Positions 51,693-64,000 of a DNA stretch of 64,000 nucleotides are shown here, piece by piece. Each line of letters opens with the position of its first letter. The first letter of the stretch is position 1. The notes beneath the pieces are model-generated. The model had not been told where the DNA came from, made no database searches, and was given only the letters and a program-made list of their open reading frames with translations. Source of the DNA: Octopus bimaculoides (lineage: Eukaryota); NCBI RefSeq assembly GCF_001194135.2, contig NC_068987.1, forward strand, positions 93,976,171 to 94,040,170. The letters run 5' to 3'. The position numbers and the translations under genes are program-made.

Positions 51693-51860
51693 TTCACCAA
51701 GGAAAGAGGTTATGTTTTCATCGATGTTTGTTTGTCTGTCTGTCCATCTGTGTGCAAAATAACTCAAAATGTTNNNNNNNNNNAGGAAAGAGGTTATGTT
51801 TTCATCGATGTTTGTTTGTCTGTCTGTCCATCTGTGTGCAAAATAACTCAAAATGTTGTG
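51689..51860 (+). mobile_element. Possible non-autonomous Helentron/DINE-like (HINE) terminal fragment, duplicated across a 10-N gap
   Basis: TTACCTTCACCAAGGAAAGAGGTTATGTTTTCATCG followed by a GTTT/GTCT microsatellite resembles the end of such elements. From recall only. Confidence 0.4.
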
Positions 51861-52720
51861 AACAGTATATATATATATATATATATACATAAACAGAGTT
51901 TTGTGTGTGTGTGTGTGTGTGTATGTGTGTGTGTGTGTGCGTGTGTGTGTGTGCGTGTGTGTGTGTGTGAGTGTGTTCTTAATGGATTCGAAAACTGAGC
52001 TGCTGATTTTCACGTATGAGGTAGCAAAAGATTCACTAAATCACCCGGCCATGAAATAAAGTGTTCTTTTGCATAACAACACTTTTATTCTTACAAGAAT
52101 AACTCCGTAAACGAGGACATGCTGCACAATTTTGAGGTCTTTAACGAAGTGGGGGAACTCTGTCTGAACAATTTTTATGTCTTACATAGAGCATAATGAG
52201 AAAATGTTTGAAATACATAGAGCTTTACCATGAAATAAAAATTCGAAGACATATCGTCAACTTTTATTAGTATTATTTACCAGATAATCTTTTAATGTAA
52301 AGTATGATGTTTATCTGCGTTTTGTTCTCCCAGAAATTGGCTCTGATGGAGCAGACTAACTCGCATTCTTGTTTTCTTTATTTTCTTCTTGAAATACTGT
52401 AAATCTATATCTTTCTTTTGATGAAAGGGTGCGTTTTAAGTTAAGAAAGATTTGGCTACTATTTGTAGTAGCTCAGGTTACCACACAGTCACATGTGTAT
52501 GTGTTTGTGTGTGTGGGTGTCTTGTTGTGGTGAAAAAAATACTTTTTCTCGTAATATCTTGCACAATATTTTTTAAAGAGATCTGGAAATTTTTCTTACT
52601 GTTAACCATTCAACTTCAAATTACAATTGTAATTGTTGGAAATAAAGTAGACTGAAATATACTTATAATGCTATCGTATAGAGGGAAAGTTCTATACGAA
52701 GTTTTGAACTCATCATCATC

Positions 52721-52773
<53 letters not shown>

Positions 52774-52775
<2 letters not shown>

Positions 52776-53397
52776 GCCAGAAAAGGTCACAGAAAACGAG
52801 AAAGCAACCATACTCTGGGATATGCCAATACACACAGATAGAGAAATTAAGGCAAATAGACCAAATATAGTTGTCAAAGATCATGAAGAAAAAAAATGCT
52901 TTCTAATTGATGTATCAATACCAGCAGATGACAACGTTTCTCTAAAAGAAATGGAAAAACTTTCAAAATACAAAGACCTGGAAATAGAGATAACTCGAAT
53001 GTGGAATCTAAAAACAGAAACAATTCCTATCATAGTAGGTGCCTTAGGTATANNNNNNNNNNNNNNNNNNNNNNNNNNNNNNNNNNNNNNNNNNNNNNNN
53101 NNNNNNNNNNNNNNNNNNNNNNNNNNNNNNNNNNNNNNNNNNNNNNNNNNNNNNNNNNNNNNNNNNNNNNNNNNNNNNNNNNNNNNNNNNNNNNNNNNNN
53201 NNNNNNNNNNNNNNNNNNNNNNNNNNNNNNNNNNNNNNNNNNNNNNNNNNNNNNNNNNNNNNNNNNNNNNNNNNNNNNNNNNNNNNNNNNNNNNNNNNNN
53301 NNNNNNNNNNNNNNNNNNNNNNNNNNNNNNNNNNNNNNNNNNNNNAGCTGCGCTCGGTAGTGAAGTGAAAGCACGTTATAAAAATAAAACTACTGAA
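52774..53397 (+). mobile_element. R4/Dong-like non-LTR retrotransposon, young subfamily, 5'-truncated, contains a gap
   Basis: Open frame TPEKVTENEKATILWDMPIHTDREIKANRPNIVVKDHEEKKCFLIDVSIPADDNVSLKEMEKLSKYKDLEIEITRMW... up to the gap; 3' UTR after it; (AAT)n on both sides. Confidence 0.92.
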
Positions 53398-53398
53398 C

Positions 53399-53432
<34 letters not shown>

Positions 53433-55355
53433 TGTATCTGTGTATGTGTAAGTATATTTCCTCTTTTTTAGGTATGCTTATAACTCGTGAGTAACTTTAC
53501 CCAATTCCTTATCCAACAGGAACTGGCTGAAAGATTGAAGAATATTTCTTGTCTTTTCCATAACAAATATTCGGTTCTATTTCATATACACGACCCAAGA
53601 TCGATGACGCGGAATTCAGAGTAACACACGAAATAACGATTCCTCAAGTGACAACATGAGTCTTACGAGTATACTTCAGTCCTTCTAAACCCCAAATCGA
53701 GTTCTCGCTTCTCTACACATTGTTTGCACATAAATGTACACACACACGCGCGCAGGCTCACAACCACACATACTTGTTATTTAAGGACAAATATATTTAG
53801 TGATCTACATACGTGTATATATTTGTATGCATGTGTGCCTGTATGTATGTATGCATGTATGTATGTATGCATGTATCTATACATAAACAAAACTGTTTCT
53901 AACAATAAATGTATTATAGACCATTTGAATGTATGTTGCTCGCAGCATGGAACAGCAGGTGGTAGATACGACGGGAAATATCTCAATCAAAATTCTAAAA
54001 TTATTTCAGACACACTGCGCCAGGAGCTTAGCTCCATGCATACTCACCTACATACATACGTACATGCATACATACATGCATACATATATACACATATACA
54101 CACGCATACATATATATACACATATACACACGCATACATATATACACACACATACACACACATACACACAAGCACGTACATACGTACATACATATATACA
54201 TACATAGGTGTAGGAATCTAAGTATGCAAAGTTTCATGTTGTATATGAGTGTATATTCAAATATATGTATACACATGGTTTTCTATAGGTACATGAAAAT
54301 ATATGCCTGTATATATTTTTATAGATACGTTTAATTTATATATGTATACATACTACATACACAAACGGTCGAGCGCACAACACACACATAGATAGATAGA
54401 TAGATGGATAGATATCGATATATTTGCATACACATATACACGTNNNNNNNNNNNNNNNNNNNNNNNNNNNNNNNNNNNNNNNNNNNNNNNNNNNNNNNNN
54501 NNNNNNNNNNNNNNNNNNNNNNNNNNNNNNNNNNNNNNNNNNNNNNNNNNNNNNNNNNNNNNNNNNNNNNNNNNNNNNNNNNNNNNNNNNNNNNNNNNNN
54601 NNNNNNNNNNNNNNNNNNNNNNNNNNNNNNNNNNNNNNNNNNNNNNNNNNNNNNNNNNNNNNNNNNNNNNNNNNNNNNNNNNNNNNNNNNNNNNNNNNNN
54701 NNNNNNNNNNNNNNNNNNNNNNNNNNNNNNNNNNNNNNNNNNNNNNNNNNNNNNNNNNNNNNNNNNNNNNNNNNNNNNNNNNNNNNNNNNNNNNNNNNNN
54801 NNNNNNNNNNNNNNNNNNNNNNNNNNNNNNNNNNNNNNNNNNNNNNNNNNNNNNNNNNNNNNNNNNNNNNNNNNNNNNNNNNNNNNNNNNNNNNNNNNNN
54901 NNNNNNTATATATATATTTATATATATATATATATATACACACACATATATATATGTATGTATGTGCGTATGTATGTATATATGTATGTGTGTGAGTGTG
55001 TGTATGCTTATGTATAGAAGTGTATAGAGGCGTATATTTTTATAGAGGCGTATGATTGTATAGATGCCTGTTTAGATGTAAAATATGAGCAAAAAAATGT
55101 CATTTTGAGAAATAATAGGAATTCTATGGGTGCAGGGACAACAATGTTTGATTTCCGACTCGATAGACAGCCATACATATACACAAACACCTACAGGCAT
55201 ACATATATATATATATACATGCATACACACATGTATGCATATAAGAATTTTTATTGTACATATATAGATATACACATATATGTATGTATATATATACGTA
55301 TATTTGCGTATTTCACACATAGATGTGCATACGCACACACTCATACAGATGCGTG

Positions 55356-55390
<35 letters not shown>

Positions 55391-55391
55391 G

Positions 55392-55459
<68 letters not shown>

Positions 55460-56128
55460 CATTATTCACTCACACATACACACATATACACGTATATTGT
55501 ATACCTATGCATGTATTCATATATGTGTGTACGTGTATATATGGGGATAGAAAGGAGGGCGGGTGTTATACAAGATAGAGGAAAGTGAATTTTACACGTG
55601 TTTGCGCTTGTGTCAGTGTATATATATATGTGTGTGTGTATGTGTGTGTATTTGTTTGTGTATGTAAAAAAGTATATTTAAGTTTCTATAAATGGACGTG
55701 TATACAGGCATTCAGATACATACATATGTATATATATANNNNNNNNNNNNNNNNNNNNNNNNNNNNNNNNNNNNNNNNNNNNNNNNNNNNNNNNNNNNNN
55801 NNNNNNNNNNNNNNNNNNNNNNNNNNNNNNNNNNNNNNNNNNNNNNNNNNNNNNNNNNNNNNNNNNNNNNNNNNNNNNNNNNNNNNNNNNNNNNNNNNNN
55901 NNNNNNNNNNNNNNNNNNNNNNNNNNNNNNNNNNNNNNNNNNNNNNNNNNNNNNNNNNNNNNNNNNNNNNNNNNNNNNNNNNNNNNNNNNNNNNNNNNNN
56001 NNNNNNNNNNNNNNNNNNNNNNNNNNNNNNNNNNNNNNNNNNNNNNNNNNNNNNNNNNNNNNNNNNNNNNNNNNNNNNNNNNNNNNNNNNNNNNNNNNNN
56101 NNNNNNNNNNNNNNNNNNNNNNNNNNNN

Positions 56129-56187
<59 letters not shown>

Positions 56188-57974
56188 GAAGAGGGAGAGA
56201 GAGAGAGAGAGAGGGAGGAAGAAAGAGAGAGAGAGAAAGAAAAATAAAAATGGTAAATGAAGAAATGTAAAAGATGAAAAATGATAAAGCAGCCCATTTG
56301 ATAATCTATAAAACTCTATAATTCTCTTTGTATTTCATTTGAAGGGAGGAGAATTTGTAGAGGAAATTGAAACATAATATAAAAAATTTATGTAATTCAT
56401 GTTTTGAATATAAAAAAAAATAATAATAGCATCAGACAGAAAAATGTATTTTAAAAAAAATAAAGAAAAGACGGAAAAAATTTTGAACATAGAAATATTT
56501 TTTAAACATTACAAAATATGTTTTTGTGTTATTTTACGCGTTTTACTTTCTATTACTTTTATCTCTTTTTTGTTCTGCTTTAGTATTGTTGGTGTTATTA
56601 TTGCCTCTGCTGCTGTTGCTGCTGCTGCTACTGCTGCTGTTGCTGCTGTTATTTTATTCATTTATTTATTATTTGCTTCAATTGGCAATATCATCTGAAG
56701 ATACCACACTTTCATTGTTGAGCTACTAATGTGTATACTTTATTTTTTTTTATATATATCCCTCATTCCGTTTACTTTCCCTACAGAAAGGATTTTAGTT
56801 TTAACCCTGTTTTCGTGCTTGTAATTGTTGTCCATGGGTAAAGAATGTGTTCTTCCACAGCAGGCTCTGTAAAGTGTCGCACAGTCTTCGATTGCATTCG
56901 TTTCGGTTCTAATTTTAAATTTTCAGAGGAAATTTTCGACATTCTTATTCCTGAGCTGCTCAATAAGAATAGGAATCAGTAAATAAAGCTCTTAGACTCA
57001 TTGAAGCTGACTGACACAAAATGCTGTTGGTCAAGACGAAAAAACAAATTGTCATTGCCATGGAACAAATGAAGAGTTTGTGGATCAAATAAGCAATCAG
57101 TTTTCACATCATCCTTCCCTTGATTGCCTTCCGATATTTTCCATCTCTTGCCACACCCAGATGTGATCGCTGATTCACGCAGCTTCTATGATTCGTTTAA
57201 GCGGATTACGTACGGTAACGATCTCACATATACAGAACAACTTTTCTTCATCGACCTGACATGGAAATGAATATTTTTTTTTAATTATCTTCCTCTCTAA
57301 CTTCTATTTCTCTCAAGCGTTTACGAATTTGTACTTCTTTAATCATTTCTTCTTCTCATTTTAGACTTTTTACAGACAAAAATCATGAGCATTAACTATA
57401 AACAGCCGTCAGATTAGGAGTTTTCTGTTTATCCATATACCACGATATACCATTTATCCACAAGAAAGTAATAAAATAAACGTTAATTACAACAGTAATT
57501 AAGTTATTAGATATGGATTACATTACTAGATCGGAGAATCATTCGCAAAGGTATTTCAAAGTGTTTCATACATGACTCTCTGTAGTCAAAGTTCAAATCT
57601 CTCCGATATCCAGAAAATATACATTGAACCAAACATGTGGTGAGGGCCATTTACGGCCCAATATTTTCCTACTTCCAAATTTTGCTCATGTCCAAAGATT
57701 TTCTTGGAGAAATCAATGCCGTAAAAATATCCTTAGATATGTGTATGCGCGCGCGTGTGTGATTGTTGTGTGTGTTAGTTTGTGTTTATGTGTTTGAGTG
57801 TGTGTTTGTATGTGTATGATTCTGTGTGTGCTTCTGTGCGTGTGTGTGTTTTACAAAGAAACACACACACACACAGATATATGACACTCCCCTAAATTCA
57901 ATAATTTTGCATAATTTGAAACATACAGTATGACTGTACATGAAAAATCAAAGTCGACATGGCCCCTTAAGGCG

Positions 57975-58215
57975 CACTTCTGGATCCATTATCCTTCTCT
58001 TCTCCCCTTTCATCCGTCTTCACCTTGAACACTCTTCTCCACTGTGCTATCCCTACGCGAAACAAAATATTATAAACATCGAAGCGCTCCAGAAATCGAT
58101 CACAAGAAAAATTGGCGTCATCACAGGGTTTTTTTTATTAGGATCATCTTGAGAAACTCCAACTTTATTCCTTCTAGCACAACCGTCAATGTTATGTGAT
58201 TTATGTGGTGCGAAA
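57975..58215 (+). mobile_element. CR1/L2-type LINE ORF2 C-terminal fragment (decayed)
   Basis: FIRLHLEHSSPLCYPYAKQNIINIEALQKSITRKI.../Y*DHLEKLQLYSF matches the CR1 consensus RP.LEY.SP.W.PY....I..LE.VQ...T..I....Y..RL..L.L.SL. Confidence 0.75.
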
Positions 58216-58287
58216 AATATTTCATCAGTTATGAAGCGATGGTGGCGAGACACACACAAAGGTACACGCGCATAAATATATATATAT

Positions 58288-58433
58288 ACAGCGGGCTTCT
58301 CTCAGTTTCCCTCTACCAAATCTACTGAGAAAGTTTTCGTCAGTCCGAGGCCATAGTAGGAGACACATGCCCAAAGTGCCACGCAGTGGAACTCAACCCG
58401 GAACCATGTGGTTGAGAAGCAATCACACAGCCA
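58288..58433 (-). mobile_element. SINE family A, head half
   Basis: GCGGGCTTCTCTCAGTTTCC...CCCAAAGTGCCACGCAGTGGAACTCAACCCGGAACCATGTGGTTG...CACACAGCCA. Confidence 0.8.
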
Positions 58434-59178
58434 GATATATATATATATATGATATGTGGTGTGTATGCATATGTGTGCGTGTAAGTTCATAAAAGTCAGT
58501 GTTTCGCCATACCGTCATACGTAAAGAGAACTGTTACACACCAGGTTTTCCCCCTTCCACTGTCCTTTGTTTTTCGAGACATTACTGTATTATTTGAGAC
58601 CATTTGGCCGCTGCTTTGCGCAGATCGTACGACCCTATACAAACACCATCATTGGCTGGTGTCGGTACTGGTATACTTGCTTCAAGTCACCATAGATACT
58701 GTTGTCATAGTTACATGGCTGTTGTTGACGTTCTTCTGCTTTTGTTTTTTGTATTTTTCTCGTTGTTTTCATTTGAAAGCTTAAGTAGTGGAGTGAAACA
58801 ACAAACAACACTTGCAATTACATGCACATGCATATAAAATCCTGCACATTTATATGCAAGAGACTGCGTTTTCCCATAGAGGCATTGAACATGCATTCTG
58901 CCTGTTTCGTCATTGATATTATGAAGAGAAAAAACAACAAAGCAACAAAAATATTTCTAAGCCTAAGTTTCCAGATGAATGAGCAGCGATATGAAAAATT
59001 ACAATATATATTCATGTAAGCATTACACGGCTTTACACCAGCATCTAGTCATAAGCGGGGCTGGTGGAGATATAAGAATGCATACGCTGGAGCACATATA
59101 TAAAGCCTGTACAGGGAAACAAGCATACAAGGGTACGCGTTTATACAAATATATGTGTTTGTGTGCGTGTATATATAC

Positions 59179-59215
<37 letters not shown>

Positions 59216-59479
59216 NNNNNNNNNNNNNNNNNNNNNNNNNNNNNNNNNNNNNNNNNNNNNNNNNNNNNNNNNNNNNNNNNNNNNNNNNNNNNNNNNNNNN
59301 NNNNNNNNNNNNNNNNNNNNNNNNNNNNNNNNNNNNNNNNNNNNNNNNNNNNNNNNNNNNNNNNNNNNNNNNNNNNNNNNNNNNNNNNNNNNNNNNNNNN
59401 NNNNNNNNNNNNNNNNNNNNNNNNNNNNNNNNNATATAGCTGTAACTATATATATGTACTCACACACATATAGAGAGAA

Positions 59480-59516
59480 GATATGGGACTATAACGTGTG
59501 TGCGTGAATATATAAG

Positions 59517-59564
<48 letters not shown>

Positions 59565-59722
59565 CATGCATGTATGTATTTATATATATATATACATACA
59601 TATTTCTTTATATCTATATGCATGTATACATATGTGTCTCTGTGTATATGTACTATACATATATATGTGTGTGTGTTTGTCTGTATAAATATATATGAAT
59701 GTATGTGTGCCTATGTATGAAC

Positions 59723-59757
<35 letters not shown>

Positions 59758-60163
59758 TCTTTACACACGCACATACATATAGATATATACATACATAATT
59801 TCATGAATATTTATAGACTTTGGAGTAAGATATATATGTATGTATAAATATATATACGGATGCGTATATGTCCATAGATATGTGTTTCTATTATTCATAT
59901 CGAGTATGCTTAGGTCACTCTATAATCACACCAATGTATCTACACGCGGGAATTACGTCATCAGTAGATACATTTAAAGAGATACACAACCACGTACACA
60001 CATATATATATATGTTAGATGCATGTGTATACTTCTGCATTAATCTACATAAATGTATGTAGATCCAGATCCACACACACACAGGCACTCTTGCGCGTGC
60101 CCATAGATACATATTTATATGTATGTTCATATATATATACATATATATATATATACATATACA

Positions 60164-60246
<83 letters not shown>

Positions 60247-60570
60247 GTATATATATACATATATATGCACACATACAATATACAAAGATATATGTATGTA
60301 TGTGTGTATACATATGCATAGGCACACACATTCATACACATACACACAACACAGAAATACACACATGTATATAACAATTACGTATAATGTATTTCCCAGT
60401 ATATACATACATATCTAATATCTGTATATATGTATATTCATATCTATATGTATGCATGGATGTATGAACGTGTGTGGCGTGTGTATGTGTGTAAGTATGC
60501 ATGTGTGTATGTAGCCATGTATATAAGAATGTGTGTATGTATGTATGTATGTATGTATGTATGCATGCAA
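59480..60570. repeat. About 1.1 kb compound (TA)/(TG)/(CT)/(TACA) microsatellite field
   Basis: Direct. Confidence 0.95.
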
Positions 60571-61327
60571 ACGTAGGCCAGCATTGAAACTAGAACAAAG
60601 TTCTTTGAATGAGTCATCGTTATTTAATATTAGCTTAACGCAGAGTCAACAGAATTTGGAGTACGTTTCTGGACTAAAACAAATGTCAGGCTATGTTATG
60701 CATTCCACGGTATTCTTTCACCAAAACCCAGCGACATTCAGTTTCATATGAAGCGTTCCATCACCAAAACCGATGCGCCAAAGAGCCATTATTAAAACCT
60801 CCTCTTTGAGTTTATCGCTTACCATTCTAATTGGGGTTCGGGCACCATGGGATTCGCAGCAAATATATACAATTATAGCTATGTATGCATGTATGTATGC
60901 ATTACGTATTTGTGTTTATCTGTATGCATGCAAGTTTGTATGTATGTATGTATGTATGTATGTATCTATGTGTGTGTGTATGCATATGCTTACATATACA
61001 TACAAGTATATGTATCTTATATATACAAACATACACTCATATATGTACACTTTTAATATGTATGCATATAGATACTTATATACATCCGCTCTTTCCCCAT
61101 AGCATATCTTTATTATTGTCGCAATGCCCTCTGCACATGCGTGCTTACAGGTGGTACTATTGTGGTCATGTGATCGAAGTTTGAGCCATTTTTTTCTTTC
61201 TGGCTTTAACGGTGTAAGCGTAGCCTTTCCACTAGCAACGTGCATCGAAGAAAACCAAAAAGCAATGATCCTACAAATGGTAATGGTGAACCGATTCACC
61301 ATTACAATCTCTCGAGTTTGCTAAATC

Positions 61328-61550
61328 TTCTCATCAGTGCTGGAGTTTGACGGGCGTTCTGCTCCATCTTCGCGCGTCAGGTTTGTCTGGCCATTTTAAA
61401 ACTTTATGATCCACTCTTACACACTTCTATGCGGTAGTGAACTGTTTCCGTATTGTGATAAAAGCCTCCGATGAATTTCAGCATCTGACACACCTTCCGA
61501 CCAGAGAAATCGCATCCAATACTCTTTGTTCTTCTTTGGTGCACATTGCA
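61328..61550 (-). mobile_element. Mariner transposase N-terminal (HTH) fragment, pseudogenised
   Basis: CTKEEQR/MRFLWSEGVSDAEIHRRLLSQYGNSSLPHRSV*EWIIKF*NGQTNLTREDGAERPSNSSTDE, a mariner HTH region with a degenerate GRP linker. Confidence 0.85.
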
Positions 61551-61835
61551 TCATCATCATCAGCAGTAGCAGCAGCAACACCAAGCCCAACAACTACAAC
61601 CGTAATCTAATCTAATCTTCCATATCTCAGTAATGACCAATCGCCCTCCGATCAAAAGCATTTCAGTTGGCATCCATCCATCGCTGCTTCCTACACTTCA
61701 TACGCATGAAACAACCTGCATTTCACTCCCAGCTGCTCTCCATTGCTCTCCGCCCTTTCCATTGCTGGTTCTTGGTATTTTCCTTTTAGTTCACGCACTT
61801 GCTATATGTTTATGCTGCTGATGTTGCTACTACTT

Positions 61836-61836
61836 T

Positions 61837-61896
<60 letters not shown>

Positions 61897-61921
61897 CAGC
61901 AGCAGTAGTAGTAGTAGTAGC

Positions 61922-61972
<51 letters not shown>

Positions 61973-62820
61973 TGTAGTAGTAGCAGCAGCAGTAGTAGTA
62001 GTAGTAGTAGTAGTAGTAGCAGCAGCAGCAGCAGCAGCAGTAGTAGTNNNNNNNNNNNNNNNNNNNNNNNNNNNNNNNNNNNNNNNNNNNNNNNNNNNNN
62101 NNNNNNNNNNNNNNNNNNNNNNNNNNNNNNNNNNNNNNNNNNNNNNNNNNNNNNNNNNNNNNNNNNNNNNNNNNNNNNNNNNNNNNNNNNNNNNNNNNNN
62201 NNNNNNNNNNNNNNNNNNNNNNNNNNNNNNNNNNNNNNNNNNNNNNNNNNNNNNNNNNNNNNNNNNNNNNNNNNNNNNNNNNNNNNNNNNNNNNNNNNNN
62301 NNNNNNNNNNNNNNNNNNNNNNNNNNNNNNNNNNNNNNNNNNNNNNNNNNNNNNNNNNNNNNNNNNNNNNNNNNNNNNNNNNNNNNNNNNNNNNNNNNNN
62401 NNNNNNNNNNNNNNNNNNNNNNNNNNNNNNNNNNNNNNNNNNNNNNNNNNNNNNNNNNNNNNNNNNNNNNNNNNNNNNNNNNNNNNNNNNNNNNNNNNNN
62501 NNNNNNNNNNNNNNNNNNNNNNNNNNNNNNNNNNNNNNNNNNNNNNNNNNNNNNNNNNNNNNNNNNNNNNNNNNNNNNNNNNNNNNNNNTACATACATAT
62601 ATACATACATACATGCATGCATACATACATTCATACCTACATACATACATACATACATACGTACATATATACATATTTATACATACATTCCTACATACAT
62701 ATATACATACATACATGCATGCATACATACATACATACATACCTACATACATGCATGCATACATACATACATACATACATACATACATACATACATACAT
62801 ACATACATGCATGCATACAT
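61836..62820. repeat. (AGT/AGC)n, N-gap, (TACA)n
   Basis: Direct; source of the 260-386 aa pseudo-ORFs. Confidence 0.95.
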
Positions 62821-63399
62821 GTTATACAACCACGTTGTTCGCTATATTCGCCAATGTGAAATTGTCTTCGATGCAAATCTGGATGCAGCAAGGTTAATAA
62901 AAACTGAAGTACTTGTGGAGATTTATCGCTATTCAAGGCCGGATGTAGCAAAACTATAGCTTCGCCGCCACCACCACCCGACTCCTAATCAAAATAATAC
63001 AAAATTAAACAGGAAGGATGGTTTCCCTCATAAATCATATGGAATAGTTTATAGTTCTTGCAAAGGAGAGAATAGGTAAAATGCTGGGGTGGAAGGAGTA
63101 AGGGGACAGGCTGTGATTGAACGCAAAAGTAAACAATGATTAAGTATAACATAAACACGGCCACCATCTTATCAAATGTCGGTGAGGCCATTATTGCCAT
63201 GAGGCGGGCCTGGGCGTAGCCGTTCTACTGACCGATAGATTAACGGTTTGCCGGCAGACAAATGGACTATGCTGTCTTCTCTTTATGCATCTAGTTGTTA
63301 TTGTCGTTTAGCCCTCGGCCAGCACTAACCAAACTGATCTTGTGAGCAAGTTTTTTTCTAGTCATTTCTCTACTGGTATCTAATATCTAGCAACTACAA

Positions 63400-63460
<61 letters not shown>

Positions 63461-63470
63461 TTCATCATCA

Positions 63471-63938
63471 TTCAGTAGTCTTATTTTTACAACGTGCTTT
63501 CACTTCACTACCGAGCGCAGCTCTGTGTGCCTTGGGTATGTGTTGTGTTTGTAAGTCATTGGTGTTTTTTGTTATGTATTTGTCTGAATATTTTTTTATT
63601 ATACCTAAGGTACCTACTATGATAGGAATTGTTTCTGTTGTTAGATTCCACATTCGAGTTACCTCTATTTCCAGGTCTTTGTATTTTGAAAGTTTTTCCA
63701 TTTCTTTTAGAGAAACGTCGTCACCTGTTGATATTGATATATCAATTAGAAAGCATTTTTTTCTTCATGATCTTTGACAACTATATCTGGTCTATTTGCC
63801 TTAATTTCTCTATCTGTGTGCATTGGCATATCTCAGAGTATGGTTGCTTTTTCGTTTTCTGTGACCTTTTCTGGCGTGTGTTTATACCATCTTTTTTCTG
63901 TCGTTATTCCATAGTGTTGGCATAGCTTCCAGTGTATA

Positions 63939-63939
<1 letters not shown>
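63471..63939 (-). mobile_element. R4/Dong-like non-LTR retrotransposon, young subfamily, 5'-truncated, internally deleted
   Basis: Reverse complement gives IHWKLCQHYG...WYKHTPEKVTENEK..., ANRPDIVVKD and MEKLSKYKDLEIEVTRMW, then the same 3' UTR as 21341 and 52774; (ATT)n on both sides. Confidence 0.92.

Positions 63940-64000
<61 letters not shown>

Noticed and set aside
51720-51856. About 74-bp direct repeat around the 10-N gap
   Set aside because: Identical copies either side of a minimal gap are a typical contig-overlap artefact.
56787-56837. Acceptor-like TTTCCCTACAG and donor-like GG|GTAAAG bracketing KDFSFNPVFVLVIVVHG
   Set aside because: Too short, with no homology or partner exons.
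4881-62959. Long ORFs of 150-386 aa in the track (poly-X, YIYI, CVCV, poly-S/L/E/I)
   Set aside because: They are translations of N-gaps and microsatellites, open in several frames at once, with no domain content.

Overview
This is AT-rich, repeat-saturated eukaryotic DNA from a draft assembly. It has 18 N-gaps, most bordered by (TA)n/(TG)n or other simple repeats. The repeat landscape resembles a coleoid cephalopod, probably Octopus, but that is an inference from recalled repeat families and was not verified. I found no supportable host protein-coding gene, RNA gene, CRISPR array or prokaryotic feature. Nearly all long ORFs in the track are translations of microsatellites or N-runs. The recognisable content is: seven fragments of R4/Dong-like non-LTR retrotransposons (restriction-like endonuclease end), at least six with (AAT)n-type sequence on the element's sense strand, including three stacked at 21.1-22.3 kb; a Tx1/L1-type RT fragment; a CR1-type ORF2 fragment; three Tc1/mariner relics; three tRNA-derived SINE families; and many micro- and minisatellites. 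The best leads are the (AAT)n-targeted retroelement stacking, an adjacent inverted SINE pair able to form a dsRNA hairpin, and a compact POU/paired-homeodomain-like motif cluster at about 17.55-17.68 kb. I see no evidence for a wholly new protein-based system.
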